Below are positions 13,662 to 27,165 of a DNA stretch of 64,000 nucleotides, piece by piece. Where the stretch lies: the NCBI RefSeq assembly GCF_030684315.1, contig NC_081382.1, forward strand, positions 19,512,592 through 19,576,591, written 5' to 3'. The notes below the pieces were generated by a model. That model had not been told where the DNA came from. It saw only the letters and a list, made by a program, of their open reading frames with translations, and ran no database searches. Numbering within the stretch: the first letter of the stretch is position 1; each line of letters starts with the position of its first letter. This DNA is from Stegostoma tigrinum. Its lineage: Eukaryota. The position numbers and the translations under genes are program-made.

Positions 13662-14461
13662 AGGCCCCAAGATGACTTTCCACATTAAGCAGAGGTTCAC
13701 CTGCACATCTGCCAATGTGGTATACTGCATCCACTGTACCTGGTGTGGCTTCCTCTACATTGGGGAAACCAAGCGGAGGCTTGGGGACCGCTTTGCAGAA
13801 CACCTCCGCTTGGTTCGCAATAAACAACTGCACCTCCCAGTCGCAAACCATTTTAACTCCCACTCCCATTCTTCCGATGACATGTCCATCATGGGCCTCC
13901 TGCAGTGCCACAAGGATGCTACCTGAAGGTTCCAGGAACAGCAACTCATATTCCGCTTGGGAACCCTGCAGCCCAATGGTATCAACGTGGACTTCACCAG
14001 CTTCAAAGTCTCCTCTTCCCCCACCGCATCCCAAAACAAGCCCAGTTCATCCCCTCCCCCCACTGCATCCCAAAACCAGCCCAGCCTGTCTCTGCCTCCC
14101 TAACATGTTCTTCCTCTCACCCATCCCTTCCTCCTACCTCAAGCCACACCTCCATTTCCTACCTACTAACCTCATCCCACCTCCTTGACCTGTCGGTCTA
14201 CCCTGGACTGACCTATCCCCTCCCTACCTCCCCACCTATACTGTCCTCTCCACCTATCTTCTTTTCTCTCCATCTTCGGTCCGCCTCCCCCTCTCTCCCT
14301 ATTTATTCCAGAACCTTCACCCCATCCCCCTCTCTGATGAAGGGTCTAGGCCCGAAACGTCAGCTTTTGTGCTCCTGAGATGCTGCTTGGCCTGCTGTAT
14401 TCATCCAGCTCTACACTTTGTTATCTTGGATTCTCCAGCATCTGCAGTTCCCATTATCTCT
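13662..14461 (+). mobile_element. 5'-truncated Penelope-like retroelement: GIY-YIG endonuclease C-terminus plus terminal repeat
   Basis: FTCTSANVVYCIHCTWCGFLYIGETKRRLGDRFAEHL...VANHFN. In-frame TGA at 13924 (likely CGA>TGA), then RFQEQQLIFRLGTLQPNGINVDF. Ends in CATCTGCAGTTCCCATTATCTCT. Confidence 0.92.
14332..14363 (+). ncRNA. Minimal type I hammerhead ribozyme motif in the PLE terminal repeat
   Basis: CTGATGA-A-GGGT(CTAG)GCCC-GAAAC-GTC^AG has both conserved core boxes, stem II and a GUC triplet. Minimal hammerheads are an established PLE feature. Confidence 0.75.
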
Positions 14462-15544
14462 GCCTCTAGCCATGCTGGTCTCTTCAGAAGGCCTCAGACA
14501 ATTCAAGAAAGAGGCCTGCAGGTGATCCCTATTTTATACCTTTTAAATGGCTTTCTGGAACTTTAATTCTGGCCAATCAGGGAAATGCACTTAATTAGAA
14601 ATATTGTCAATCATTTGGATGGCATGCTATTGTTTTTTTTTTATGTATTAGGCCCTAGTGTCTTTCTGTCTGGACCCTCCCTTGTTTAGTGGATAAGTTG
14701 ATGGGGGTATGTCTGTCCAGGATATCTGTTGTTTTCTGCATTATTCTAATGTCATTAGCACCTGGCTGCTGCATTTGCACTGTGTCCGGTGTGTGGGTTT
14801 GGTGATTTCAGTGTTTTACTTTGCCAATGTACCCAGCATCCTTTGCTGTTTGGCCAAGTTAGCAATGTATTTGTATTTGAGCAGCCATGAGGCTGCTAAC
14901 AGAGCTACCAGGCTCATATTACTGCTGCCTTGCCATGCCATTTAGCGCAGACATAAAGGACGGAAACTGGTCGTGGCTGTTAGCGGGCCTTAGTCAAGTA
15001 AAGAGGGACAGCCTTAACTCAATGAGTCAATGAATCCTGGCTCAATTTGCCAAGGGTAGTTTTCAATGCCAAAATAGGCCTGACCAGGGTAGTCAGAGTC
15101 AGGATCCACTGAAGGGGAAAGAAGATAAACGCCAGCAGCTCCGTATCTGTCTTGACAATTTCTGACCTGTTCTGGGCTGTTCTTCTGGAATGAGAAGGAG
15201 GCAGTTGTAGTGGAAAAGGAAAGTGGGCGGCATAGCTGTTTCTTTTGACCAGGTGGGCAGCTGTCCCGAGCAAGTCACTGGGCAGTGCAGGGGTACCAGT
15301 TTTGGGTGGGTTGGGATAGGTGAGATCCAGTGAGGGAAAGTGTTACAGGCAATAGTGGGTGGTAGAGCATGAATCTTGGTGGGAGGTGGGTGCAGAAACT
15401 GATACAGTAAGTATAAAGTATCAGAAGGAAGATGGTGGTACTTAACTCTGACAGAGTGGAGAAACTCACTGAGCTTTTTCCTCCAGTGCTAGGCTTTCCT
15501 CAGATGGCTGAGATTGCTTTAACTTGGATGGCAACATCAGAGCC

Positions 15545-15850
15545 GATGGCCTACTGGTATTTTCACTGGACTGTTAACCCAGTGACCCGGGTAACGTTCT
15601 GGGGAGCCGGGCTCGAATTCCACCATGGTAGATCCATCATTTAATTCCAGATATTTATCAAATTCAGAGTTTAATAGTGACCGTGAATCCATTTGCCAAT
15701 TGTTGATACCATGCCATTTGGAGAAGGAAACTGCCACCTTTACCTGGTCTGGTCTATATGTGATTGCAGACCCACAGCAATGTGACTGACTCTTAACTGT
15801 CCTTTGGGCAATAAATGCTGTCTGGACAGTTACATCCTCATTCCATATAG
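15545..15850 (+). mobile_element. tRNA-derived SINE, family B
   Basis: GGGCTCGAATTCCACCATGGTAGAT...GAAGGAAACTGCCACCTTTACCTGGTCTGG. Confidence 0.75.
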
Positions 15851-16211
15851 CAAGCAACTGGTCTCCCTGTCAGCCATTTATTGGATCAATGTGAGGAAGT
15901 GTGGAGTGCAGCTCCAGACTGATAGTTCTTATCTGAATGTGTCATGACCCTTTGAAGATAGTACCGGCGCAAAGGATGCCTGAGAGTTCCAGACTATTTG
16001 GTGAGTGATGAGTTGTTCAGGGAATGGTACATGGTAACGTGGGTCTGGAATTGGAAGTGAGAGGCACCATGGTAGTTAACAAGGTGAGTTTGGTAAGACA
16101 CTGCAAGAGAACTTGCTAGACCTCGTGGTGACAAACCCTCCAAAAAGACTGACCTACTCAGACTTAGCCAAAAAGCATAAGATTGAGTCCACTGATTGTT
16201 CTCTGGTACCC

Positions 16212-16545
16212 AGGGTGGCATGGTGGCTCATTGGTTAGCCCAACTATCGAAAAGTGCCAGGGACCTGAGTTCGCTTCCAGTTTTGGGTAACTGTCTGTGT
16301 GGAATTTGAACACTCTCCCTATGCCTGCTTAGATTTTCTGAGAGTGCTTTGGTTTTCTTTCACAGTCCAATGAGATGCAGGTCAATTGGATTGGCCATGC
16401 TAAATTGCCAGGGATGTGCAGGTTAGGTGGATTAGCTATGGGATATATGGGGATAGGGTAGGGACCCGGGTAGCTTCCTCTTCAGAGTGTCACTGTTGAC
16501 TCAATGCGCTGAATGGCCTCTTTCCACACTGGAGGAATTAGGATT
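16212..16545 (+). mobile_element. HE1-like tRNA-derived SINE with CR1-type tail
   Basis: A-box GGTGGCTCATTGGTTAGC, B-box GAGTTCGCTTCC, body TGTCTGTGTGGAATTTG...ATTGGCCATGCTAAATTGCC. Confidence 0.8.
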
Positions 16546-17234
16546 ATTCCACGGCACAACATCATGGGCTGAAGGGCCTATACTGTGCTGTACTTTTCTA
16601 TGTTCTATGCTCTAGAGGGATTCTAAGATTCCATCACCATGGCTTGGTTAAAAAGTACCACAAGTTCAGCCTAAAGTAATATTTGACTTCTGTTTTAGTC
16701 TGTTATAACACTTTGCAGGAATACATGTGGGTCAAAGCCAGCAATACCAAAATACAGCTCAACATAAGCCAGATATAACATTAAAAAAAGATTAGAAAGT
16801 GGCACCAGTGGATAAATTCTTCAATTTTAGACAAACTGCATTTAGCCCCAAAAATGACAAGTTGACTATTCCAGTGCAATAGCAATAAAGTTCATTTCTG
16901 CTGAAGTAGTAAAATGATAAGTACAAGATCATTAAGTCAAACTCATTATCATGCATAAAGTCCTTTTTACCTTTAAAGATAGCAGGAGGTTGGAATGGAT
17001 TGCTGTTGTAAAATGTATTGGTGCAACCTTAGCCTGGTAAATGCACATGTTTATAAGTGTGAAATTCATTGAAAATTTATTGTATCAGATACTTGTATAA
17101 ATGATTTATCGATAGATAAATCCAGGATAAAAAATTATCAAAATGTATTATAAGTACATTGCAAGTAACAGCAGCTAGCATTCAAATAGCACCTCTAAAA
17201 TGAAATATCACACAGCACTTCAGAGGTGTCTTTT

Positions 17235-17900
17235 TTTCATTAAGTCATGGGATGTAGATATCACAGACAGGCCAGCAGTAATTTCCCTTCCAGTGTTTCC
17301 CTTCAGAAGGTGGTGGTGAGTCACCTTCTTGAACCACTGCAGTCCCTTGGGGCTAGGTACATCCACAGTGCTGTTAGGAAGGCTACTCCAGAATTTTGAC
17401 TGTGAAGGAGCAATGATTTAGTTCCAAGTTGGAATGGTACATTGCTTGGAGGGGAACGTGCAAGTGGAGGCATTCCCATTCATTCCCTAGTGCCAGGGTT
17501 GGTAGAAGCCTTACATTTGGAAGTGGCTGTTGAAATATCCTTGGTGCATTGTTCAGTGCATCTTGCAGATGGTCTACACTGCTGCCACTAAACATCAATG
17601 GTGTAGGAATGAATGTTAAAGGTGTTGAAGGGGTACCAAAATTTGTTTTGTCCTGCATGATGTTTAGCTTCTGGAATGTTTTTGGAACAGCAGTCATTCA
17701 GGAGAGTACTCCATCACATTACTGACATCTATAAATGATGGTCAGTCTATGGGGAGACAACAGGTGTGTTACCTCCATGGAGTTCCTAGCCTCTGACCTG
17801 TTCTTGTAGCCATAGAATTCATATGGTGGTCTCATTCAATTTCTGGTCAATGGCAATCCCTAATGTTAAGAATGGGGAATTTGATGATGGTAAATTCATT
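17235..17900 (-). mobile_element. LINE (CR1/L2 group) 3' fragment; tail resembles SINE family B
   Basis: Degenerate RT C-terminus (AVPKTFQKLNIMQDK...GTPST); tail ...CACATCCCATGA is shared with family B SINEs. Confidence 0.6.
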
Positions 17901-20199
17901 ATCAAAGAAAATGTGACATGATACCATACAAGGAGATATTAGGGCAAGTGATCAATAGGTTTGACACAGATCAGTGATTTTTGAAGTTTCTTTAAGGAAG
18001 GAGGAGGTGCAGAACTAAAGAGGTTTAGGCTTGGAATTTCAAAGATTGGGGCCTCCATAGTTTGAGACTTGAATATAATGGAGCATCTAAAATTGTGTTT
18101 AGCAAAACAAAAAGGACAGAAAGAAAAAGCACAGGAAAGTCAGAGAGTTATTGGACTGTGGAAAGCAAAGCAAAGAAATTTTTTAAACAATAAAGTGTGC
18201 AACAACTAGAATTCATATACTACTTTAATTGTACGATAACATTTTAAGGTTCTCCCTTTAAGACCCATCAAACAAAATTTGACACTCGGATTCCATAAGG
18301 AGGTCGCAGATGACCACTTGCTTGGTCAAACCAATAGGTTTTAAGAAATGTTGTAACCGAGGAGAAAGATGGGCAGAAGGAGAGAGATTAAGGGAGGAAA
18401 TTTCAAAGCTTACCTTCTCGACAAAACAAATATGACTTTCTCCCGGCTATTAAGGAACATGCACGTACCTACAGTACATTAAAAGCATTGGGAAGATTCT
18501 TTAATTGTACAAAAGCAAAATACTGCAAGCAGTAGAAATCAGAAATACATAGAAATTGCTGGAAAGACTTTTGCAAGTTTGAGTTGTGAAGAAAGGCTAT
18601 TGACCTGAAACATCTGTTTCTCCTTTCATGGTTGCTGAATGTTTTCCAGAATTGTCTCTTAATTTATACAATGGCTTCTCTTTTCTCTGGCCTCAGATCG
18701 GAGACTGCAAAGTCATTCGCTTTAATAACTCAACGTTGTTTAATCTTCTATTTCCGAAGATGTAGGCAATTTCTCAGCACCATTTTAATTATGATGTGAG
18801 TTGTGATAAATAATTAATTTATTTACTGCAATAAATAATTCTGACCCATTATAGTGTGAAATCTCACCTAACAAATTTAGCAGAACAGAATGCAACAGCT
18901 TGTCGATACGCAAATCTAACTGATGAAGATAAAGTTTTCAGAAATGGAACAGCAAGTTTAGTTCTGGATGTGGGACAGTATGTGCTTGTTTGCCAGGCCC
19001 TGGGTATAAACTTGGCTCTTTGAATATCTTCCACTATTCAACAAGATCATGGCTGATCTTCAGCCTCAACTCCACCTTCCTGCATCAATCCCATTTTCTT
19101 TAATTGAAGAGAATTACATGAAGTAAAGAATTTAGCATGAAAGCATAGAATAGCATAAGGCAGAAGGAGGCTGCTATAATTGAGCCTGTACCAGCTCCCC
19201 TGAACAACAATCCAGTTAGTTCTACTTCCATGTCAATGTTTTCTGTTTCAAATAGCTACCCATTTCTCATTTCAAAGTTATTGTTGAATCTACAAGGCTA
19301 TCACAGTGTGAATTCAAAAAGCTCACTGCTTGATTATGTTCAAGATTTTCCGCATGTTGCCTTTGTTTTTGTTTAGCCATCACTGCAAATTCTCTGGTTA
19401 TCAACTCCACATCCACTCAAAACAGTACTCTAACTCCTTTTGCCTGCCCCAGCCAGGAAAATGAGCCTGCATATGTGCAGGAGACTCTCAGCAGGCTTGG
19501 GTTCTATTGGTAAAATGGCATCGAGGAGCATCTGCCCACATCTTCCTGGCCAACAGAGCCAACCACAGAATGGGCTCCTTCCACTCCAGTTATTGGAAGT
19601 CAGGATTTCTCTTAGGTCTCGTGTGAGGGAGGAGAAGAAAATTTACCGAGGACATTTAACTATAAATAAATCTTTCAGTTTTGTACGTATATGTTCACTT
19701 TCACTGAAAATGTCTGCTGTAGTATACTTTTCACTGTTGGACCTGGTGAGGCCACACCCAGCTGAGATATGAACATCAACTTTAGACATCCCAGCATTGA
19801 AAGAAGAAGTTGTAATGGCCAAGCATTGCTCATCACCCTCAAGGAACTGACTCCTTGACTGTTGATAACCTCAGTCATCATAGATCCTTGGGCCATAATG
19901 ATGCTGTGTCTGCAGCCACTTTATTGTGCTCAACAATAAGGTAAGACACAACGAGCAGGGAATATGCTAGGGCCTGGCCTGGCCAAGCCCTTCCACACTT
20001 ACACACATATTTCGAGTGAGAGTAGGGAGCCGGTAATGATTTCACACACCTCTCAGGTCGGACGTACATTCCATGTATCAGCTTTTCAGGGGAGTGCACT
20101 GCGGTTCAAGACTGGGAGGTGTACAATGGCTGACTCACATGTCAGCTCTCCTCCCTTAGCTTGATGGTTTGTTGAGAAACACTGCACATGTTCGATGCT

Positions 20200-20390
20200 G
20201 AGATAAAGGTGTAGAGCTGGATGAACACAGCAGGCCAAGCAGCAGAGGAGCAGGAAGGCTGACGTTTCGGGCCTAGACCCTCGAAATGTCAGCCTTCCTG
20301 CTCCTCTGATGCTGCTTAGCCTGCTGTGTTCATCTAGCTCTACACCTTGTTATCTCAGATTCTCCAGCATCTGCAGTTCCTACTATCTCT
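20200..20390. mobile_element. Palindromic mini-PLE (inverted terminal arms) with a CpG-decayed ~14-bp TSD
   Basis: Arms 20200-20268 and 20283-20356 are reverse complements, followed by a ~35-nt tail. Flanks ACATGTTCGATGCT (20186-20199) and ACACGTTCAATGCT (20394-20407). Confidence 0.88.
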
Positions 20391-20714
20391 GAAACACGTT
20401 CAATGCTATCCTGGAGAATGACCAAATATTTCAGAGCAGTCTACGTGCAGACTGAAACATTGAAAGGTTACCAATGATGAAAGAGTCAAAAAGCAATTCC
20501 TTAAGATTCTTCTCAATCTCCTGGCTATTGTGACAAATTTAACTGGATAAAACTTGAATATAAGAGACTGATGAATGCTTTAAGATCTCGCTAATCTTAG
20601 CCCCAAGCAATGTTAGAGCATTATCTTACTGATGAGTGCTTTTCCTCTAATTGTCAGTAAGACATGTTATGCATAGCTATTTTAAAGTGGGATCACCTGA
20701 AAATCTCAAGTAAA

Positions 20715-20915
20715 AAAGGTAAGACTCACCAGATTATCCAGTTGCCCTCTCATTAGGCAGAAATAACTAACTGGTAGTTATTTAACCCAAGAGTCATCAC
20801 ACCTCGGGCAAGGGGAGGGATTGAGAAGGATACCATGTCAACCTCAGCTGTTGCAGGAATTGAACTTATGATGTTGGCATTACTTTGCATTACAACCAGC
20901 CACACACTAACAACT
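20715..20915 (-). mobile_element. Short tRNA-derived SINE
   Basis: Minus-strand B-box-like AGTTCAATTCC followed by GCTGAGGTTGACATGG...TTCTCAATCCCTCCCCTTGCCCGAGG. Confidence 0.55.
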
Positions 20916-21349
20916 GCCCTATCCCCAGGTTGATTGCACTTGACCCGCAGGAATTGGTGTAGACAAGTTCCTGGACAGAAAAGTCATAGATCCCCAGACT
21001 ATGGTGTAACCAAACACCTGACTGAGCGTAGTCAACCTACAGGACAGGAATAGGATGAATCCCTTCACTGACTGTGGCTGTTCCCTGATCTGTCATCCCC
21101 CTTCACCTGACTGACTTGTGTGGCTGAATTGTCTTTAAAATACTTAAAAATGATATTTCCAAGCCAGACCATTAAGGTTTAAGCAGAAATGACAATGAGC
21201 AATTGAAGACACATGGAAAGTGACATGCTGGGTGAAAAAACAGCCTGTTTTGGCTGAGAGGTTACTGCATGACCTTTGCTGGATGGGAGACAAATTGTTG
21301 TGTAGTTACCATGGAGCCACCTGTAATGTTTTCAACTTTGTGGGAAGTG

Positions 21350-22822
21350 ATTATTGGGCCCTTTACTAAGATCATTGACAGCCGTGAGAGAGATGTGAGA
21401 ATGCTGGAGGGAGGTTAATATGGTGCCACTGTTTAAGAAAGGTGGTAAGGAGAAAGCCAGGGAAGTGTAGGCCAGTGAGACTGGTGCCAGTGGTGGGTCA
21501 GTTTTTGGAGGGGATTCTGAATGACAGCATTCACATGCATTTGAAAGACAGGGACAGATCGGTGAGAGTCAACATGGCTTTGTTTGTGGGAAATTGTGCA
21601 TCATTAGCTTGAATGAGTTTTTTGAAGAGGCGACAAAGAACACTGATGAAAACAAAGTGGTAGGCAATGTCTACATAGACTTCAACAAGGGATTTGACAA
21701 GGTGATTTGACAAGGTTCCACACAGCAGATTGGTTAGCAAGGTTAGATCTTAGGAATCCAGCAGGACTAGCCAATTTGATACAAAATTAGCTTGAAGATA
21801 GGAGACAGAGGGTGGTGGTAGGGGATTCTTTGGTAGACTGGAGGCCTGTGACCATCAGTGTGCCTCAAGGGTTCGTGCTGGGTCCACTACTTTTCATCAT
21901 TTATATAAATGATCTAGATGTTACAATACCGGGTGTGGATAGTAAGTTTGCAGGTGACACCAAAGGAGATGGTGGAGTGGGCAGTGAAGAAAGTTATCTG
22001 AGTACAAGACCTTGATCTGATGGGCCAATGGGCTGAGGAGTGACAGATGGAGTTTAATTTAGATAAATGCGAGGTGTTGCATGTTGGTAAGGCACATCAG
22101 GGCAAGGCTCATATACTTCATGGTAGGGCCCTGGGGAGAGTTGTTGATCAAAGAGACCTTTGGGTGCAGGTTCATAGTTCCTTAAAAGTGGAGTCTCAGG
22201 TAGACAGGGTGGTGAAGAAGGTGCTTGGTGTGCTTGCATTCATTGGTCATTGTACTGGGTATAGGATTGGGATATGATGATGCAGATGTATGGGACATTG
22301 GTTAGGCAACTTTTAAAATCCTGTTTACAAATCTGGTCTCCTTGCCAAAGGAAAAGTGTTGTTAAACTTGAAAGGGTTCAGAAAAGATTTATAAGGATGT
22401 AGCCTGGATGGAGGGTTTGAGCTATACAGAGAAGCTAAACAGGCTAGGCTATTTCCCTTGGAGTGCCAGAGGCTGAGGGTTGACTTTGGAGAAGTTTATA
22501 AAATCATGAGATAGAGTGAATAGCCAAAATCTTTTCCTCAGGGTAGAGGAGTCCAAAACCTTGGGTGCATATGTTTAAGGTGAGTGGGCAAAGATATAAA
22601 AGGGACCTAGGGGACAACTTTTTCATGTAGAAGGTGGTTCATGTATGGAATGAGCTGCTACAGAAAGTGATGGAGGATGGTACAATTACAACATTTAAAA
22701 TGGATTTGAATGGGTACATGAATATGCAAGGTGTAGAGGTAAACAGGTCAAATTCTGGATAATGGGGCTAGATCAGTTTATGCTATCTGTTTCCGTGTTG
22801 TAAGATTCTATGACTCTATAAC
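21350..22822 (+). mobile_element. CR1 LINE, 3' 1.5 kb (degenerate reverse transcriptase)
   Basis: WRPVTISVPQGFVLGPLLFIIYINDLD...SKFAGDTK; MEFNLDKCEVLHVGK; tail TTCTATGACTCTAT. Confidence 0.95.
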
Positions 22823-23929
22823 TTGTTTGATGCACAATGAAGTGTCTGGAAATGTGCTGAAAGTGCCCTGAAATAGTGATACAGCACATAACGTTAGACT
22901 CTGAACAGTATAAATACTAAGGGGTTTGCCCCATTCATTAGACTTTCACCATCAGGCTAGGGTTCACGAAACTAGGGATGTGGAATTTGAGGTAGAGTTC
23001 CACTGTCACCAAATCCCCAAAGAGCAAAAATGTATGGTGAGAATCACTTGTTTAAATATTTCTCAGCCGTTTAACCTAACCATGTAGCTTCTACATGTAT
23101 ATTAATACTAACTCATTTTTTTATTCATATGAGCATTAAAGACTTTAACCCGATAAGCTGGCTATGTATTCAAATGCACGTGCTTTCTTGTAATCATTTT
23201 GATCAGACCAAAACAAGCCAGTTGGTTACTTTCAGCCTACCATACAGTGTTGAATGGCATTGTACCCAGCAGCACATTCAAGTTAAGGAGCATGATGGAC
23301 TTCATCATGGGACTGATTGAATACAGTGATAGCGAATTCAAATCAAAACCTAATAGGAACATTGGGGTATGACAGCTAATACTTTCTAATGCAGTGAAAC
23401 CTTATCATTGTTTCTCATTTTCAGTGCCAAGTTTGGTATTCAATGTGAAACATAATCAGTAGCTCAAATCCTCTACACGAATGATCATTTTACATGTAAT
23501 GAAATTGAACAAAACTGTTCCTTTACAATGAATATATTGCTGTTTCTCACCACTCAGAGAAACAAAAGGATGACGTGCATTTGTATAACACTTTGTGATC
23601 ACAGGAAAAAACACCAATGATGTACTTCTGAAGCGTTGTCATTGTGTAATGTAGGAAACAACAACCAATTTGCAGCCCTCAAGTTCCCACAACCAATTAG
23701 ATAATGATTACATAATTTTAATGCTATGTTGATTGTGGAATAAATATTGTAGAGACTTCTCTAAAAATTGTACTATGGCATCTCTTTTACCAATGTCAGT
23801 GGCTTTAATTGCACATTTTCAAGGCATAAGGTGGTTACAGCACAGGAGGAAGCCATTCTGCTGGTATTTTCTCAATCTTTCTCCCTACCTTTAAGAATAA
23901 GGCCATAAATACATTAAGTTCCTCTGATC

Positions 23930-25340
23930 CTGGGTCAAATTTGAATTTTTTTTCTTTTATATTGCCTCTCCTTGTTCTTCGTCCCAAAATGTATGGTTTC
24001 ACATTTCTCCACATTAAGTTTCAGCTGGCATCCTTCCACCCATTCCACCATCAGCCTTTGTATGATTTTGTGAAATCTTTTCCTATCATCCTCTCAGGTT
24101 ACAATACTTCCAAATGTTATGTCATTCACAATTTTTGAATTTGTGCCCTGTATGCCCAAGGCTAGGCTGTTAGTACATACCAAAATAAATGGTGATGCTA
24201 ATACTGGAAATTCTAATATATACCTCAGTGTAGACATAAAATTACCTGGCATTACATCATTTCCTGTCACTCGCTCAATTTCATATCCATACTGCCACTA
24301 CCCCATTGTATCAGCTTAATTTTAGCAGACAAGCCTGTTATGTCTCACTTTAGCAAGTACCTTTTCAAATCTATTGTTATGGATCAGACCAAACCCCTTT
24401 CAAATTTATCAAGGAGATAACCTAGACCCTAACATTTAACTTACGTAAAGGCAAGTTTAAGGCACCATGTTCCAGATGTAATTCAATTTGTCACACTACT
24501 CAACTTTAAGCAAAACATACTTTATTGTTACATCCAGTTAAAATGCAAACAAAAGAAGGAAGAATTGGTATATCTTTAACTCTACTGGAAAACCTAACAG
24601 AATAATGGATTGTTTAACTACCAATCAGCAACCATTCCACTATAGCAACATCACATAAACACACCCGTGGCAAAGACAGCTTCAATAAAATAGATTGTCT
24701 CACATGCAATGTTTCTCCAGTCCAGGAGAAAAGAACACCCACAGAAATTTCAGGCAGAGTCAGAGAACACCAGCTTTTTGCTGTGGCTGAGAGAGATGTA
24801 TAATAACTTCCACAGCCAGCTTCAGAACCCCACCAACTCAAAGCTAAACTAAAGCCCTGGTTCTGTGGAGCCTGATTCCATCCATTCATGCTGCTTCTGT
24901 TGTTCTAACCCTAACAATGTTCCATGGTCTCATGAGTTGTTTACTGTCTTGGCAGACACAGCTTGGTACCTCTGGCTCAAAACCTCTCTTCAAGGAAAAC
25001 AAGATAAAATGCATCTCTTAAAGCCATTGTATTGTCCACACATCAATCACATCCTGCTACCTCAACAGACAGTTCAGCTAATTAATTTGTCTTAACAAAT
25101 CTGTGCTGAATGTTCTTGTTTGACCCACTTTGTCAAAAAAAGTTAGATTTGTTTTGGATTGTTCTTTCTATCAGTTTTCTCATCATCAAGTTCAAATTGA
25201 CTGACCTATAGTTGCAGTGGTAGATTATTTTCCAACAAGAATATAACAGTCTCCAGTCATCTGAAACCAGCCTTGTATCTGAGGAAGATTGCAAGATTAT
25301 GGCCAGTGCCTCTGCATTTTGTACTCTGCCGTACATCAGT
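23930..25340 (-). mobile_element. Degraded CR1 LINE interrupted by a solo LTR
   Basis: AEALAIILQSSSDT...DDWR...NYRSVNL (RT N-terminal part) at 25133-25336; CR1-like sequence resumes left of 24375. Confidence 0.65.
24375..25040 (-). mobile_element. Putative solo LTR
   Basis: TG...CA termini (TGTTATGGATCAGACC ... GTCCACA); both ends are reverse-complement similar to 48378-48995; splits a CR1. Confidence 0.65.
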
Positions 25341-26209
25341 AAAATCTAATGTAATCCTGGAGACTTTTCAATTTTACGTACAGCCAGTCTTCCTCATGCC
25401 AATGATTTATTGATTATACTTCCTCAGTAGTTCATCCACTATCACCAAACTTTAAATTTTTAAACTTTAAAAGAACGCTGTTTGTAGAAAGGATCAGGTG
25501 TTCTTCCTGGAAGACTTGAAGGACAGGGAGCAGGATGTTGATAAAATCTCTTTGAGAATGTTAAACAAAAACAGAAAGCATGGTGACACTCAAAGTCACA
25601 GGTGAGAAAAGATGAGTTAACATATTGGATATGAAGCTTCTGAAAGATGCTCGGAACCGTAGGGAATATCATTCATTAAAAGGGAGCTCCAGGGACATGG
25701 AAGAGCAGTTTTGAGACAGAACTACAGCTTTCCTGAAAACACCAGACTCAGAATGGAATCTACCTTTTATATTGCAACAGTGACAACATTCAAAAGCCCT
25801 TCGTTAAATTTACAGCATTTTGGGACATCCTGTGTGTATGAAATGTGCAATATAAAAGAATCTCTCTATTTCTTAATTATGCACACTGATTTAGTGCTGA
25901 AATGTTGACTGGCATACACTCCAGCCTTATATGCTCTGCAAGACTCTTACTCAGTGTTTACAATCAGCTTTGTACACAGGAAATACAGCAGCTAGCTGTG
26001 TAATTAATCAAATTGTCAATTTCAAATGTCCCAATGATCTTGTCAGCAGACTTCATATGAGATGTCCTTTCCAGCTCAGAGTCTGACTGATTTTTCCCCC
26101 CACTTGAATTTGCCTTTCAACCAACCTGCTAAGTAAAATCCAAACTCGACATTGCTGTTTCAAACACAGCAGAACTGTCTCTTTGCTTACAGTCACTGCT
26201 TTCAGTTAT

Positions 26210-26865
26210 CTCAGAAGATTGTAATTGCATTGGAGACAGTTTGGAAAAGATTCACCAGATTAACTCCAGAAGTCAGGCTTGTCATAGGAGGACAGATTGA
26301 GCAGTTTAGAACATGATGTGATCTAATTGAGGTACATAAGATGCTAAAGAGGATTGACAAAGTAGATATACAACAGATGTTTCTCCTTGGGACAGCAATC
26401 TAGAATGAGAAGTCATAGTTTTAGACTAAACAGCAACCACTTTAAAACAGATATGAGAAGGAAATACTTCTATCAAAACAGTGTGAATATATGGAATTCA
26501 CTGCCCCAGAGTGCAGCGGATGCTGGGACACTGAATAAAGTTGGAGGAGATAGATTTTTAATTAGTAATGGATTAAAGATCGATGGCAAATAGGCAGGAA
26601 AGTGAAGTCTCATCTGAGTTGGGGATAATGGGAACTGCAGATACTGGAGAATGTGAAATAGCAAAGTGTGAGGCTGAATGAAAACAGCAGGCCAAGCAGC
26701 ATCTTTGGAGCACAAAAGCATCTGATAAGATGCTGCTTAGCCTGCTGTGTTCAACCAGCTTCACACTTTTATCTCATCTGAGTTGGCATCAGTCATGAAT
26801 GTATTAAATAGCAGAACAGGCTTGAGAGACAGAATTGCCTCCCTCTCCTTTTAGTTCTCTTGCTC
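26210..26865 (+). mobile_element. CR1 LINE 3' fragment carrying a nested mini-PLE
   Basis: GQQSRMRSHSFRL...FKTDMRRKYFYQNSVNIWNSLPQSA. Confidence 0.85.
26623..26774. mobile_element. Palindromic mini-PLE with a 12-15-bp TSD
   Basis: Inverted arms around a short spacer; TCTCATCTGAGTTGG at 26608-26622 and 26772-26786. Confidence 0.88.
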
Positions 26866-27165
26866 TTTTGCTTACTGCTCAAAATGAACAAAGTAATTTA
26901 ATCATCACCACCTTTTAAAGCATAGCAGATCACAGACATCATTTCAAAGATGAACTACCAATCTGGAAGCCACTAATTAAAGGTAACACCTAATTTCTAC
27001 AGACAATGCAGGTAATTTTAACCTAACCCTCAGGTTAGGGTAAAATGGTTTCAGACTAAATTTCATTTAATACAAGATAATTTTGCTCTTCATTGATTTA
27101 GGCAGGGTTTAACATGCACAATCTGGAAACCATTCACAATTAGCAGTTTACATAAAAACAATGTT

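Noticed and set aside
16212-16290. tRNA-like A and B boxes (also at 45990-46054, 61818 and 44871)
   Set aside because: SINE heads, not intact cloverleaf tRNA genes
21691-21716. 13-bp tandem duplication GATTTGACAAGGT
   Set aside because: Ordinary slippage inside a dead CR1
27016-27045. Small hairpin with telomere-like CCTAACC/GGTTAGG
   Set aside because: Too short to distinguish from chance; no telomeric array
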